This document shows positions 1 through 11,743 of a DNA stretch of 64,000 nucleotides, piece by piece (within the stretch, counting starts at the first letter, position 1; every line of letters starts with the position of its first letter). The stretch is from contig NW_008246071.1 in NCBI RefSeq assembly GCF_000281045.1, forward strand, positions 1,135,293 to 1,199,292. Direction: 5' to 3'. A program made the translations under genes and the position numbers. The notes under the pieces were generated by a model, which was not told the DNA's origin, did no database searches, and worked only from the letters and a program-made list of their open reading frames with translations. Origin of the DNA: Saprolegnia diclina VS20. Its lineage: Eukaryota.

Positions 1-49
1 GTACACGTCTCGATGCTCGAGGATATATATACGTTGCGAGAGATTACGA

Positions 50-2317
50 CTACGAGTAGATGATAGTGTCGCGCTTCGTCTTGGCGATGACGTTGCCCTT
101 CTCGTCGCGCGCGCCGGCGGGCGCCTTGGCCATCGCATGGTGCGCGAGCTCCTTTGGCACAGGCATCTCGCACGCCTCGAGGTACTGCTTGAGGTCGTAC
201 ATGATCTCCTCGTCCTGGTCTGTAAGGAACGAGATCGCGACACCTTCCTTGCCCGCGCGGCCGGTACGACCAATACGATGGCAGTAGTTTTGGATCTTGG
301 TCGGCACGTCGTAGTTGATGACGTGGGTGACATCCGGGATGTCGAGACCGCGCCCGGCCACGTCGGTCGCGACCAGCAAATCGTACGTGCCGTCGCGGAA
401 ACCCTTGAGCGAGTCCTCGCGCTGATCTTGGGACTTGCCACCGTGAAGAATCGTAGCGCGAAAGCCTTCCGAGCCAACGGCGCGGGCGACCGTGTCGCAC
501 TCCTTCTTGACGTTGACGAAAATGATGATCTTGGGCGCGTCAGTCTTGTCGCGCGACGCCCGAGGCGCACGAAGCACATCGCGGATCGTCTCCATGAGTT
601 TCGAGCGCTTCTTTCCGCCGGGCATGAACCACACTTGCTGGTCGATGCGCTTGTTCTTCCCGGACGTCTCGTCACCAATCTTGACGATCGACGGGTGGCG
701 CAAGAACGTCTTGGCGAGCCGCTCGACTTCCGGCGGCATGGTCGCACTGAACATCATCGTGACGCGGAACTTAAACTGGTTCTCGGCCACTTGGAGCTGC
801 TGCTCGAGCTCGTCTTCGTTCTCCGACTTGAGGAGGCCGCCCATGGTCTCGAGTACGTCCACGACTTGCTGCTCAAAGCCCATGTCGATCATACGATCGG
901 CTTCATCCAAAACGACGTAGTTGCACTGGTTGAGCACGAGGTACCGGTTTTCGATCACATCGTTGAGACGACCGGGTGTGCCAATGATAATGTCGATGCC
1001 TTCCCGGACCTTGAACGCCTGCTCTTCCTTGCTCTGCCCACCGACCACCGCCACGGTCTTGATCATGTGCGCGTTCTCGCCTTCACCGACGGTCGTGTAC
1101 TTTGCGAGCTTGATGGTTTCTTGCTCGATCTGCAGCGCAAGCTCGCGCGTCGGCGCCATGATGAGCGCCAACGGTCCTTCGTCGGCCGTCCGCGCAATCA
1201 TGTTGGCCGGCAGCTGGCAGAGGTACGCGATGATCGGGATCACAAACGCCGCTGTCTTACCCGAGCCCGTCTCGGCGATACCAATGATATCGCGACGCTC
1301 CAGGCCGACGGGAATACCTTGCATCTGGATCGGCGACGGCCGCTCGAAGCCCATCTCGGTGATGGCGCGGAAGAGCGGGGCCGGCAAGACCGCTTCGTTC
1401 CACTTGCGCAGCGGCCGGGGCGCGCGCCCGCCGCGCAGAATGATGTCGAAGTCTTCGCGAAAGATGCGCCAGTCGCGCTCCGACATGTCGAGAAGCGCCT
1501 TCTCACTCCAGTGCAAGGCGGCCGACTGGGCCAGCTTGACCGACTCGGCTTCGCGGTTGGCCTCGCGCTCCTGCATGCGCTGGAGCTCGCGTTCGCGCTC
1601 GCGCTGACGCCGCGCCACGAGCTCGGACGACATGCCGTTGGCCTCGTCGTCGGCCTTGAGCTCGAGCTGCCGCTTCCGCGTGAGCTCCGTGATAAAGTTG
1701 TTGCGCTTGCGCTGCTCGCGGAGGTCGACGCCCGCCATGTAGCCACGGCCAAAGAGGAGGTTCACTTCGCGCCGCTTGTACAGCGGGTTGAGTTCCGTCG
1801 ACGTGTCGTCGGTCGCGTCCCAATCGAACTGAAAGTTCTTTGCAAACTTCTCGCTCGCCTTGATGATCTTCTTCTTGGCGACCTTCTTGCCAAGGTACTG
1901 CTCCTTTAGCTGTGCGAGCTCCTTCTCCTGGTCCGTCAGAAGCGGCGTCGCGGCCTTGGCGTCCGGGCGGCGGTTGGACCGCGCGTCGTGCTTGACGCGC
2001 TCCGAATCGCGGTGGCGGTCGAGCGATGTCTCATCAAACTTGGAGTACTTGCTCGCCGACGGCATTGGCGTTGTGGATGCGACCGCAGGCGCTGTCTTGG
2101 TGCGCTGCTGCTGGAGGCGGGCCAAAGCCGCGGCCTCGCGCTCGGCTTTGGTCATGAACTTGGGCTTCTTCGCCTCCGCTTCGAGCGCCTTCTGCTTCGC
2201 CGCGTACTTCTCCTCGGCGACGCGCGCAATGCGGGCGACGCGCTCCTTCTCGCGGCTGATCGCTTCCATCTCCTGGGTCAGGTCCATGCCCTCGTCCGTC
2301 ATCGTTGTCGGGTCCAT
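50..2317 (-). CDS. PRP28: DEAD-box RNA helicase Prp28/DDX23 (U5 snRNP), intronless
   Basis: AETGSGKT, PTRELA, DEAD, SAT and HRIGRTGRAG motifs, plus the Prp28-specific N-terminal FQFDWDATDDTS and HWSEK..MSERDWRIFREDF segments. ATG chosen at 2317 (MDPTTM), where the AT-rich leader ends. Confidence 0.95.
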   Translation of the reverse strand: MDPTTMTDEGMDLTQEMEAISREKERVARIARVAEEKYAAKQKALEAEAKKPKFMTKAEREAAALARLQQQRTKTAPAVASTTPMPSASKYSKFDETSLDRHRDSERVKHDARSNRRPDAKAATPLLTDQEKELAQLKEQYLGKKVAKKKIIKASEKFAKNFQFDWDATDDTSTELNPLYKRREVNLLFGRGYMAGVDLREQRKRNNFITELTRKRQLELKADDEANGMSSELVARRQRERERELQRMQEREANREAESVKLAQSAALHWSEKALLDMSERDWRIFREDFDIILRGGRAPRPLRKWNEAVLPAPLFRAITEMGFERPSPIQMQGIPVGLERRDIIGIAETGSGKTAAFVIPIIAYLCQLPANMIARTADEGPLALIMAPTRELALQIEQETIKLAKYTTVGEGENAHMIKTVAVVGGQSKEEQAFKVREGIDIIIGTPGRLNDVIENRYLVLNQCNYVVLDEADRMIDMGFEQQVVDVLETMGGLLKSENEDELEQQLQVAENQFKFRVTMMFSATMPPEVERLAKTFLRHPSIVKIGDETSGKNKRIDQQVWFMPGGKKRSKLMETIRDVLRAPRASRDKTDAPKIIIFVNVKKECDTVARAVGSEGFRATILHGGKSQDQREDSLKGFRDGTYDLLVATDVAGRGLDIPDVTHVINYDVPTKIQNYCHRIGRTGRAGKEGVAISFLTDQDEEIMYDLKQYLEACEMPVPKELAHHAMAKAPAGARDEKGNVIAKTKRDTIIYS

Positions 2318-2620
2318 CGGCGCCTCCACAAACAAAACAACACGTGTGAAATACACACGTTTCCCACCACTCGGCAAGCTATTAACACCCAACTTATCTC
2401 CACCAACCTCATGCAGCGGCAAGCGCCTTTTCACTGTCACCCTCGTTGCAATAGTCCACGACGATGTCGTTAATCTTTCAATGCCAGTGCGGCATCAGCA
2501 TAATTGGCGTACGCTACGGCCGGTAGTGGGTCAGTAGTGCCATTCCTTATGTTGCGTGATTTTAGATTAGATACAGGACCTTGGTGTGGGGCCACGTCGG
2601 GGCATTTTCCCACATCAACG

Positions 2621-3577
2621 ATGGAGTTCCTCAGTGATCTCCTCGACTCGTCGAGGGTCTCGCCCGCGCCGTGGGCTGAGCCGGCGCCGGGCGCCGACAA
2701 GTACGAGCACGTGCGCTCGTGCACGGCGAACGCGCGGCTCTTTCCGCAGACGCTGCTCTCGGGCCTCTCGCTCCAGCTGCGCAGTCCGTCGCAGCAGTTC
2801 CAAGTGCACACGACCATGGCACGCAGTGGGATCCTCACGTCGTCCTTGAGTCAACGCATGTACGCGGCGAGCGGCGACTCGGAGGTGTTCGCGCTCCTCG
2901 CGCTGCACAGCCAACACCGTCTCTCGCTCTGCGCGGAGCTCGCGCTGCCACGCGTCGGCACGTTCACGTTGTCGGCGCTCGAGTGCGGCCAGAAGGCCGT
3001 GGGCACGCCGCCGAACGCCAAGGTCGGCTTCAAGGGCATCTACGACGTGGCTGCGATCAAGAGTCATGTCGAATTTGCTGTCGACGTCGCCAACGGCCCT
3101 ACGGTGGAAGGCGGCATCGTGCTTGGCACGCCCGAGCTCTGCGTCGGCGTCGGCGGCAAGTACAACACTGGTATCGAGTCCACGGACGGCCGCAGCACGG
3201 GCCAGAAGCTTGAGGGCTGGAGCTTAATCGGGCAGTACAAGGCGAAGGACGGTTCGTGGCGGTCGACCGCCAGTCTCCGCGAGCACGGCTCCGTGTTGCG
3301 CTGGAACCTCAAGCAGCAAGTGAATTCGGCGCTCGCAATGGCCACCGAAATCGAATACCAAAAGCGCCGGAACGTTGTGGTCATGCACAGCCAAGGCGAA
3401 TATGAGCTCTCGGCAAGGGAGAGTCTCTTTGGCACGCTCGACTCGGAGGCCAAGGTGGGTCTCGCCTACCGCTGCCGCCTCTCGCCCCTCGTCCAAGTCG
3501 CCGTCTCGGGCCGTGTCAACACGCTACAGCTCGAGACCGACTCGCACCAAGTCGGCGTCTCGATTCAACTCGGATAA
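2621..3577 (+). CDS. Mitochondrial outer-membrane porin family protein (VDAC-like, divergent), intronless
   Basis: Amphipathic beta-strand pattern. VDVANGPTVEGGIVLG and the C-terminal KVGLAY..LSPLVQVAVSGRVNT..HQVGVSIQLG resemble VDAC/Tom40 (eukaryotic porin) segments. ATG at 2621. Confidence 0.75.
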   Translation: MEFLSDLLDSSRVSPAPWAEPAPGADKYEHVRSCTANARLFPQTLLSGLSLQLRSPSQQFQVHTTMARSGILTSSLSQRMYAASGDSEVFALLALHSQHRLSLCAELALPRVGTFTLSALECGQKAVGTPPNAKVGFKGIYDVAAIKSHVEFAVDVANGPTVEGGIVLGTPELCVGVGGKYNTGIESTDGRSTGQKLEGWSLIGQYKAKDGSWRSTASLREHGSVLRWNLKQQVNSALAMATEIEYQKRRNVVVMHSQGEYELSARESLFGTLDSEAKVGLAYRCRLSPLVQVAVSGRVNTLQLETDSHQVGVSIQLG

Positions 3578-4198
3578 TGATCAACGTCGTAACCCATACA
3601 GTGTATCCCATACAGTGTTGTACACGATTGCAGCAGTACTAGGAAGTGTCGGACAATCTTCTTGCCGAGAAAAATCAACTGCTGGCGACTTGGCTTGTCA
3701 CAGCACAAAGAGACCCTCCGCTGAACCGCTATTCTATGATAAATAGGGGAATCGACACGTATTATGCGAAGAAATATGTTGGACAAACTTGGTCCATTGT
3801 CCTGTGAGCAAGCTCGCAGCGACAAGGTACGTGATGCCGAGATACCGGAATAGACAACGTACCTTGGCTGTAGGGATAATTCCAGGGTCCTTGCGCGACC
3901 AATGACTCGGTGAGTGGGGTCCACCTCGGGATATATCTCACCGTACACAGCTCACTCCCAACGACCTAGTGCTGGTGCCGACTCCCACGCATTCAGGCGC
4001 AGCGCTACGTATGCGAAGCCTTTGTAATACGAAGATAACGCGGAACATGTTCATATATAAATCGAGTCGCGGCTACGGACATCGTGACCACCGTACTAAA
4101 CACAATCCGTTATATCCTAACGAGGTCTAAAGTTGGCCCGTCTCATGAGTCTAATTTTACGCACTACGTCCAAGGAACAGACGGGACAACACTCGAAG

Positions 4199-7100
4199 AT
4201 GGCGGCCTGCTTCTCGAGCAGCAGCCTTCCGTGCACCAAGGCCGACTGGCCGGCGTGCGGCTACGCGTTCGTCAGCGACGCGCCGTTCGCCGTCCTGAGT
4301 GTTTTCTGGCTCGGCTACGGTCTCGCTCACCTTCGCCGCCTTGGCTCGGCCGGCTCGTTCTTGCACTTTGACGTCGACGCCATCCACGACCCGGTCGCGC
4401 AAGGTGATTCGAGTCCAGACACATTGAAGTTTACAGATCGGGATTGGTAGGCATAGCGATTGCGCTGGCGCAGCGTAAGTCGGGTTCTCATCGACGCATC
4501 CAGCTGCAGCGGTACTTGAAGCTGCTCGGCATGTGGGCCGAGTGGCCGTCGTACACGTACACGCCGCTTGCGATTGGGCTCAAAGCCACGGGCGCCAACG
4601 GCCTCGTGAACCCCAACCTCTTTACCTTCAACGTCTACAGCGAGGTGACCCTCCTTTTTCTTATGCTGGGACTCGGGAATGTGGGATGTAGGTACTCAAC
4701 ATCACGGCGGCAGTTCTCAGCGGCAGCCTCCTTCTGCTCCTCCGGCACTGGCGACGCGTTCAGCGTACACATTCATTTGTACGATTCCGGTACTGATATG
4801 GCGTAGACGAGCCCCTCTTGCGCCGGTTTGGGTACCCGCTCGTGTTTGATGTGCTCTACATTCCGCTCATTTCAACGTGTACACGGCTCGCAACGTGCCC
4901 CGCGGGGTACGTGCACTTGTCGCTTCCGGGCGGCGCGACGTGCGACTGCCTCGACCGCTTTGGCATCTTTTGGGTACTGCATTTCCAAATTTCCATTTTC
5001 CGGCCATGAAATATCGTGTGTTTTTAGAGCGTTGGGTTTGTGGGCTTTTTGCTCTTGTACAGCAGCGCGCTCCATTACAAAATGTACATTGAGCCGACGG
5101 GGACGACGATGGAATTTCGCTTTCAGCGCGGGTTCCAAGTCATCATGGTCATGGCCCGCACACGTACGATATTTTGTGCCTAATATTTCGAAAGCGTGAT
5201 ATGATTTCATTCGTCTAGTCAATCCGCTCATGTCGATGCGCGCCAACGACAGCGACTTGAAGCAAACCTCTGCGATTCCCGTGGTGGCCATGATCGTGTT
5301 TCTCGCGTGCGTGCTGTTTCTCCTCGTGTATTCGTACAAAACGCAACCCGTACATGACCATATTTGTGCGATTTCAAGTCCCAAAATGACAAATTTCGTG
5401 TTTTTTAGTGCATTGGCAGCGGCCGCATCCCCAACAACATTCGCGTGCTCTCGTTTGCGAGCTCGCTCTACACTGCGTGCAGTGTTCTGTGCGTCCTGGC
5501 CGAGAACGGCGACGACAATGCGCTCTACTGGAGCCTACTGCCGCTTCCACTCGTGTGGCTCACCGCCTGGAAAATCAACGGGCGCCGCGCGACGCAATAC
5601 CACATTCCTCATCTCACCATACTGGAGCTCCTCCAAATGCCATCCCCCCAAAGCAAGCTCGTGGGAACGATTGCAGCTCTGCATGTGGACGCAGCCAAAG
5701 TCCGACATCGCGACCACGACGCCATCATATCGCAGCTCCTCAAGATCGCCAAGCTAGCACGGTCCGGCGAGCTCCTTTGCCGTGCGTATGCCATTCGAAT
5801 ACTGTGGTTTTGCCACATTGAGGTGCTCGATCGACTGCACGCCTTATTTGCTAAGTATTGTCGTAGAATTTTCGAAAAACCAAAACTTGCGTGGGCGAGT
5901 TAACGCCCGAGACCGCCGTGCCCTCCAAGCTCTGGTGCAAAGACCGGGCGATCCCGATGCGACTCGCCAAGGCCAAGTCCACCACGTCCTTCTTTCCGCT
6001 TCAGGACCCGACCGCGTCGTCCCGGAAGCGTGTCAAGATCCACCGTGTCTCGACCATCAGTCTGTTGCGATTCTATCGATTTTTGTATCAACTTGATATT
6101 GTTGCGTAGCGATCCCGACAAAGGTCGACGACGAGCCCGAGGAGCCTACCACAGCATCGGCCCAGAGCCCTCGGAAATGGTTCATCGGGGGGTCCCATCG
6201 ATCGTCCAAGCACAGCTACCGGGTCTCCACGCTAAAGACCGCACCGACCGAAGCCTACCATGTTGTATGCATTCGTGATAAACACTGGATCTCGCGCGTC
6301 GAGGAGCCGGCCGCTGCACACTTCCACTGCGTCAGTTTGTACCACATGGCGCTCGAGGCGCTCGCGCAGAGCTGTGCGCAGAGCGACGTGCGCGCGATGC
6401 ACCAGGTGGCGCGTTTGCTTCTCGAGTGGTACAACGCACGGTACCTTCGCCTCAACGGTACGATCCTCACGCACATGCTCTCGACGTTGTGTGCGACGAA
6501 TGACGTCAAGCTCGTGACCGACGCGACGTTGACCTTGCTCAAGGTCTTTGGCGACGGCGTTGTGCCCTACGACCTCTGGCTTCGCAATGCGTCCTATCTC
6601 AATCACTTTCTCCTGGTCTTCCAGCAGCCGTACGCGCCAACGATTCTCCGAGCCGCGACGCTCCTACAGCATGTTTTGGCGCTCGGCGAGGCGGACGAGA
6701 AAACGAACCTCTTTCAGCTCCTGACGCCCGAGTCGATGCGCTTGATTCACGCCGCGCTCTACAAATGGCACGACGACTACGCTATCAGCGAGCGCCTCGA
6801 GGCGATCTGTGACAGCTTGTACAACATTGAGCTGCACATGCACGCGCACCGGCTGCAGGAGCAGCTGCGGCGCAAGTCGCTGGCGCAGACCAAGATAAAC
6901 ACGAATGTGCTTTCGTGGGTCCAGCAGCAGCACAAGGCAATGGTCACCGCCATCCACCGGTCCGCCGAGTCGATGGTCACTGCTGTCTCGATGCGGATCG
7001 CGCAAAGCGTGCGCGAGTTTCGCAGCTCGGGGTCCTCGATTCTCTCGCGCCGGTCGCATATGTCGCACCGGTCGGTCCGACTCAAAAGCGCCAACTTGTC

Positions 7101-7887
7101 GTTGATTCGTTCTTCGTCTCGCCGGTCAAGTCTGCTCACGGGGACGTCGAGCTTTTCGCAGCTCCCGCTTCCGGTGCCGTCGCACCGCTCGACGGGACGG
7201 TTTCAGTCGTCGACGGGCGCGTCGTTCAAGGAGCCCGCCGACTCGATCCCGTCGGCACACGAGAGCAATCTAGCGTCCACAAACAGCCGCATCAACTCGC
7301 AGCAAACCTTGCGCGATGTCGAACCGCGACACGCTTTTCTCGAGGATGGGGCGAAAATAGTGATTGCGACCGAATCGGCCGACGTTGTCCCGTTCCACGC
7401 CCCCGAAACCGAGGGGCCGCCCCCCGAGGCCCCGCCAATGCCACGTCCAAAACGGATGCCGGCCCGCACGCAACGGCTTGCGACGGCGCAGCCATTTGTG
7501 TTTGTGACCGTCGCACTCTTGAGTGAGCTGGATCGGCGGCAGTCGCTTCGCGCCCAGTTCCAAGAGCTTTTGTGGGAAGCCAAGGAAGGGTACGAGATGG
7601 CCGTGCAGCACCCGACCAACGCCGAGTGGTTTGCCGCTCAATTGCGCCAGTCGCCAGTCGCAGGCAGTCCGCAAAAGCGTCGGCAGCGACATGGCAACCA
7701 TGATATTTTGGACAAGTTTTCCAGAGTTCTCGAGCTCTACACGTTTGCCGAGAACTGTGCGATGGAAGATTTCGTCCATTCCGGTTTGGACATTCGTCTG
7801 CGCGCTTTCTTTGACGACCACGTCGCACCTTTTTGCGCGCTTGTCGCACCCGCCTCGACCAAGACAACGTCGCGCTGGTGGTCTTAA
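4199..7887 (+). CDS. Uncharacterised multi-pass membrane protein with cytoplasmic helical domain, tandem paralog A (multi-exon)
   Basis: Exons MAACFSS..HDPVAQG, IAIALAQRKS..NVYSE, PLVFDVLYIPLIST..GATCDCLDRFGIFW, CIGSGRIPNNIR, and a long last exon 6337-7887, separated by short GT-AG introns. Colinear with paralogs B and C. Confidence 0.8.
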
Positions 7888-7967
7888 CACGAGTGTGGTC
7901 CTGTAGACAGGCAACGTAATCGAAGGTTATTTTAGTCGAGGAAAACGCCTTTTTAGTTGAACGTGGC

Positions 7968-10900
7968 ATGGAGCTGCACTGCGAATGGGCCGGCAGCAAT
8001 GGCTCGGGATGCCACAAGGCGGACTGGCCTGCGTGTGGCTACGACTGGCTCGCTGGCGTCCCCGTCAGCGCTCTCTGGCTCGTGTGGCTTTTCTACGGCG
8101 GCACGCGCCTCCTTCAGACACTCAATGGCTTTCACTTTGATGCTGCAACGATCCACGACCCAATTGCACAAGGTACAACTATTGTCTCTGGAAAGAGGGG
8201 TAAGCCACGAACCAGGCATGGCGATCGCGCTCTCGCAGCGCAAGTCCGAGTCCCGGCGTCGGCCCCGCTTCCAGCGCTACGTGAAGCTCTGCGCCATGTG
8301 GGCCGAGTGGCCGTCGTTCACATATACACCGCTCACGATCGCCTTGAAAGCGACGGGGGCCGAAAGCTACGTGAGCCCGCTCGCCTTGTCGTTCAACTTG
8401 CCGACCGAGGTAATTATTGAGTTACTTTTTGTTGGTCAAGACGAAAGCGCAGGCGTGGAACCTCGGTGTTGTCGTCTTTTGCGGCAGTGTCGTGCTTGTG
8501 CTGCGCATTGGCGCATCGTCGCGCAATCGTAATATTGTCTTTTGTCCTGTAGACACTAACCGATGACTAGAGACCAAGTGGCTGCGACGTTATGCGTACC
8601 CACTGGTGTTTGACATGTTGTACATCCCGCTCGTTTCGACGCTAGTCCGGCTCGGAACGTGTCCGACCGAGTTTTCGCACGTCGCGTTGCCCAACGGCGC
8701 CACGTGCGACTGCATCGACGCCTTTGGTATCTTTTGGGTACGCTATTGAACTATCCATTTCGTTTTGGATAGTATATGGGATAGGCGGCGGGGCTGACGG
8801 GCTTTTTTGTGTTGTATGCATCTGCGCTCTACTATAAGATGCACATTGAGCCTTTGGCGACCACGATGGAATTCCGGTTCCAGCCCAGTTTTCAGATCAT
8901 CATGGTCATGGCGCGGACCCGTACGTCGTCTGATTCGGACTCTTTATCTGACATGGTGTTCACCACAATTTACGGGATCTAGTCAACCCAATCGTATCGA
9001 TGCTCGTGAGCGACTTGGACTTGCGCGCCAGACGCGTCATCGCGCTCTTGATGGGGCTAGGGTTTCTGAGCTGTTTTGTGCTACTGCTGGTATACACGTA
9101 CAAAACGCAGCCGGTAAATAACCGATACGACACAACTAGTATAACTGTATTGGTCTAGTGCATTGGCAGCGGCCTCATGCCCAACAACATTCGATTTCTG
9201 TCGTTCTCTAGCGCCGGCTACACGTCCCTCGTCGTCCTCGTCGTTCTTGTCGCCAACGCCGACATGACGGCATTGTACTTTGCGCTGACGCCCCTGCCGC
9301 TTCTCTGGGTGCTCGCATGGCGCCTCAATACACGCCGCGCACTGCACTACCACATTCCGCAGCAGTCGATTCTCGACTTGCTCTGCGAACCGTCGCCGCA
9401 AGCCAAAACGGTAGGCGCGATCGCGGCCTTGTACATCGACGCGACCAAACTGCACCCGCTCGAGCTCGACGCTATTCTGGTGCAGCTCACGCGTCTCGCC
9501 AAGCGATCGCGCACGAAAGAGCTCCTCTGCCGCGCCTATGCCATCCGGATTTTATGGTTTGCCCATATCAAGGTGATGTCGCTATGCCTCGTCATTTACG
9601 ATCATTTGTTATTGCAGAATTTCCGAAAACAAAAGCTGTGCATTGGGGAAACTCAGGAAGACGCTGTCGTGCCGCCCAAATTCTGGTTCAAGGACCTCGC
9701 GAATCCAAACCGAGCGCAGTGGACAAGCAAGGTCATGGCGAGTAGTAGCGGGCTTTCAGCCGTCGCTGACTCACTTGCCGCCAGCAAAAAACGCGTCAAG
9801 CTCCATCGTGTCGATCATGTCCTTAGTAGGCACTTTGAGTCATATCGCTCAACTGTGCTGATATACCTCTCGGTAGCGGTGGCCGTCGCCGATGACCGCG
9901 CCAAGGCACCTGCGACAGCGTTCCCAACGTCAGGCTCCCGCCGGAGCACCGTTGGCCGACTCCAACAATTGCTTGCACCGAGCAGCAGCCGCATGTACCG
10001 GGTCTCGGTCGTCGCAGCCGCGTCGACGCAGTTTGAGGTTGTCGGCATCCGCGACAAGCACTGGATCTCACTCATCGAGGCACCAAGCGACGCAGTTCAA
10101 GAAGCACGGTCGCTCTACAACGACGCGCAGGAGCTCCTCGCGCAGAGCTGCGCCGCAAGCGACCACCGTGCAATGACGGAGATTTCACTGTTTTTACTTC
10201 AATGGTACCGGTCGCGGTACCTCAAGCCGAGCAAGACGATCTATGCGCACTTGCTTGCGACGCTGGCCGGCTCGAACGACCGCAAGTTTGCCATGGACGC
10301 CACCTACACGCTCTACAAGCTGCACCTCGACGGGGTTCTTCCCAACGACTTTTGGCTCCGGAACGTCTCGCACCTCAACACATTTCTGACGGTATTAAGC
10401 CACGCGAGCGCACCCACCGTCTACTACGCAACACACGTGCTCAACCTCGTGCTGGAGGTGGCCGAGACCGAGTCCAAAGTCAACTTGTTTGTCCTCTTGA
10501 CGCCCGAGTCGATAGCGAGCATCCAGACAACGTTCAAGAAGTGGCACGACGAGTACCAACTCAGCGCCGCGTTGGAGGATACGTGCACGCGCCTCTACAA
10601 CATGGAGGTAGCCCAGCGGCTCTTGCAGCAGGCGCGCCGCCCGAGCAAGCGCCGGCGCAGCTCGCTCATCGAGTGGGTCACCCAGCAGCGTAAAGCGCTG
10701 AAGAAGACGATCGCACACATCATCATACCGTCCAAAGAGAGCGTCCGGACGCGGCGATCGACGGTGGACCTCCGCAAGATGCCAGCTATGGTGCAAAACG
10801 CGGCGCGGTACGGCAGCATGCCATTAATGGCGCGTCAGCCACTAGTGCTGCAAATCAACCGAAGTATTGCGTCGCACGGGTCTGACGTCATGCATCCGGA

Positions 10901-11392
10901 CAATGATAGCGAGGGCTTGACGCCACCGGCTACCAACACCGACGACGACAATGTGAGAGCAACCAAAGGAGACGCGTGCAACCCACCAATCGAACGCCCG
11001 GCGCCGGTGGAGCCTACGGAGTACGGTCGGCTCTTGCAAAACCCGGACGAGCTCATCTTTGTGACGCGGCCGATCCTGGACGAGATTCACCGCCGACGCA
11101 CGCTTCGGCGGGCACTTGAGCTCGATTTGGCGCGAGCATTTGATATCGTCGAAGAGGCGGTGACGGCCCATGACGTGGCCGTCGCACTCGCCAACGCTGC
11201 GCCTAGTTATGCGAACGCTACACGAGCGGAAAAGGGTGTGCGCTTCGCGGCTTTGTTGAAAGCGGCATTGACGCCGACTTGCGCGCCTTCTTCAAGACGC
11301 ACGTTGCGCCGCGCTTGGCGGCGATGGTCGAGCCAAGCCGGCGAGAACGGCGGATCGTGCTCCCGTGGAGTAGAAAAGGCCCCAAGATATAA
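7968..11392 (+). CDS. Uncharacterised multi-pass membrane protein, tandem paralog B (multi-exon)
   Basis: Same exon series as A (CHKADWPACGY, HDPIAQG, MAIALSQRKS, GATCDCIDAFGIFW, CIGSGLMPNNIR, LLCRAYAIRILWFAHIK). The paralog-like C-terminus CALRGFVESGIDADLRAFFKTHVAP ends at TAA 11390-11392 after a putative intron at 11160-11206. Confidence 0.78.
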
Positions 11393-11743
11393 GCTACGAA
11401 GCAACAACTAGAAGTGTCAGGGCTGACACGTCTCGATCTCTCGGATCCGCAACATGATGACTTGTAAGTCTAGTATTTACTATTCACGTTACCTCTTGGG
11501 AAGTCGTCGGCCACGTGGGAAACAGCAAGCATTGGACGCCAGCTTGTACAAATGAAAAGGGATGGCGACGGATCACTAGACCTGGGCTTAAACGGCATCC
11601 GGCGTCCAAGACTTGCGCTTGGTGCACTGCGGGCACGCTGCCATAAGCTTCTCCAACCTATATTCGTCGATGGCTAACTGTACTGCCGCCCAACTAAAAA
11701 TACACGGGCTTGTCCAGACAGGCAGACATATCGGCAGTTGGGA

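Noticed and set aside
137..1909. 590-aa + strand ORF (similarly 30769-32130 -, 44947-46395 -, 52553-53680 -)
   Set aside because: Antisense shadows of well-supported genes. Strong C/G third-position codon bias removes stops on the opposite strand, and the translations show no recognisable motifs.
9177..11411. 744-aa ORF taken as a complete protein
   Set aside because: It is the 3' part of paralog B read through in-frame introns, and its last ~70 residues are out of frame with the conserved paralog C-terminus.
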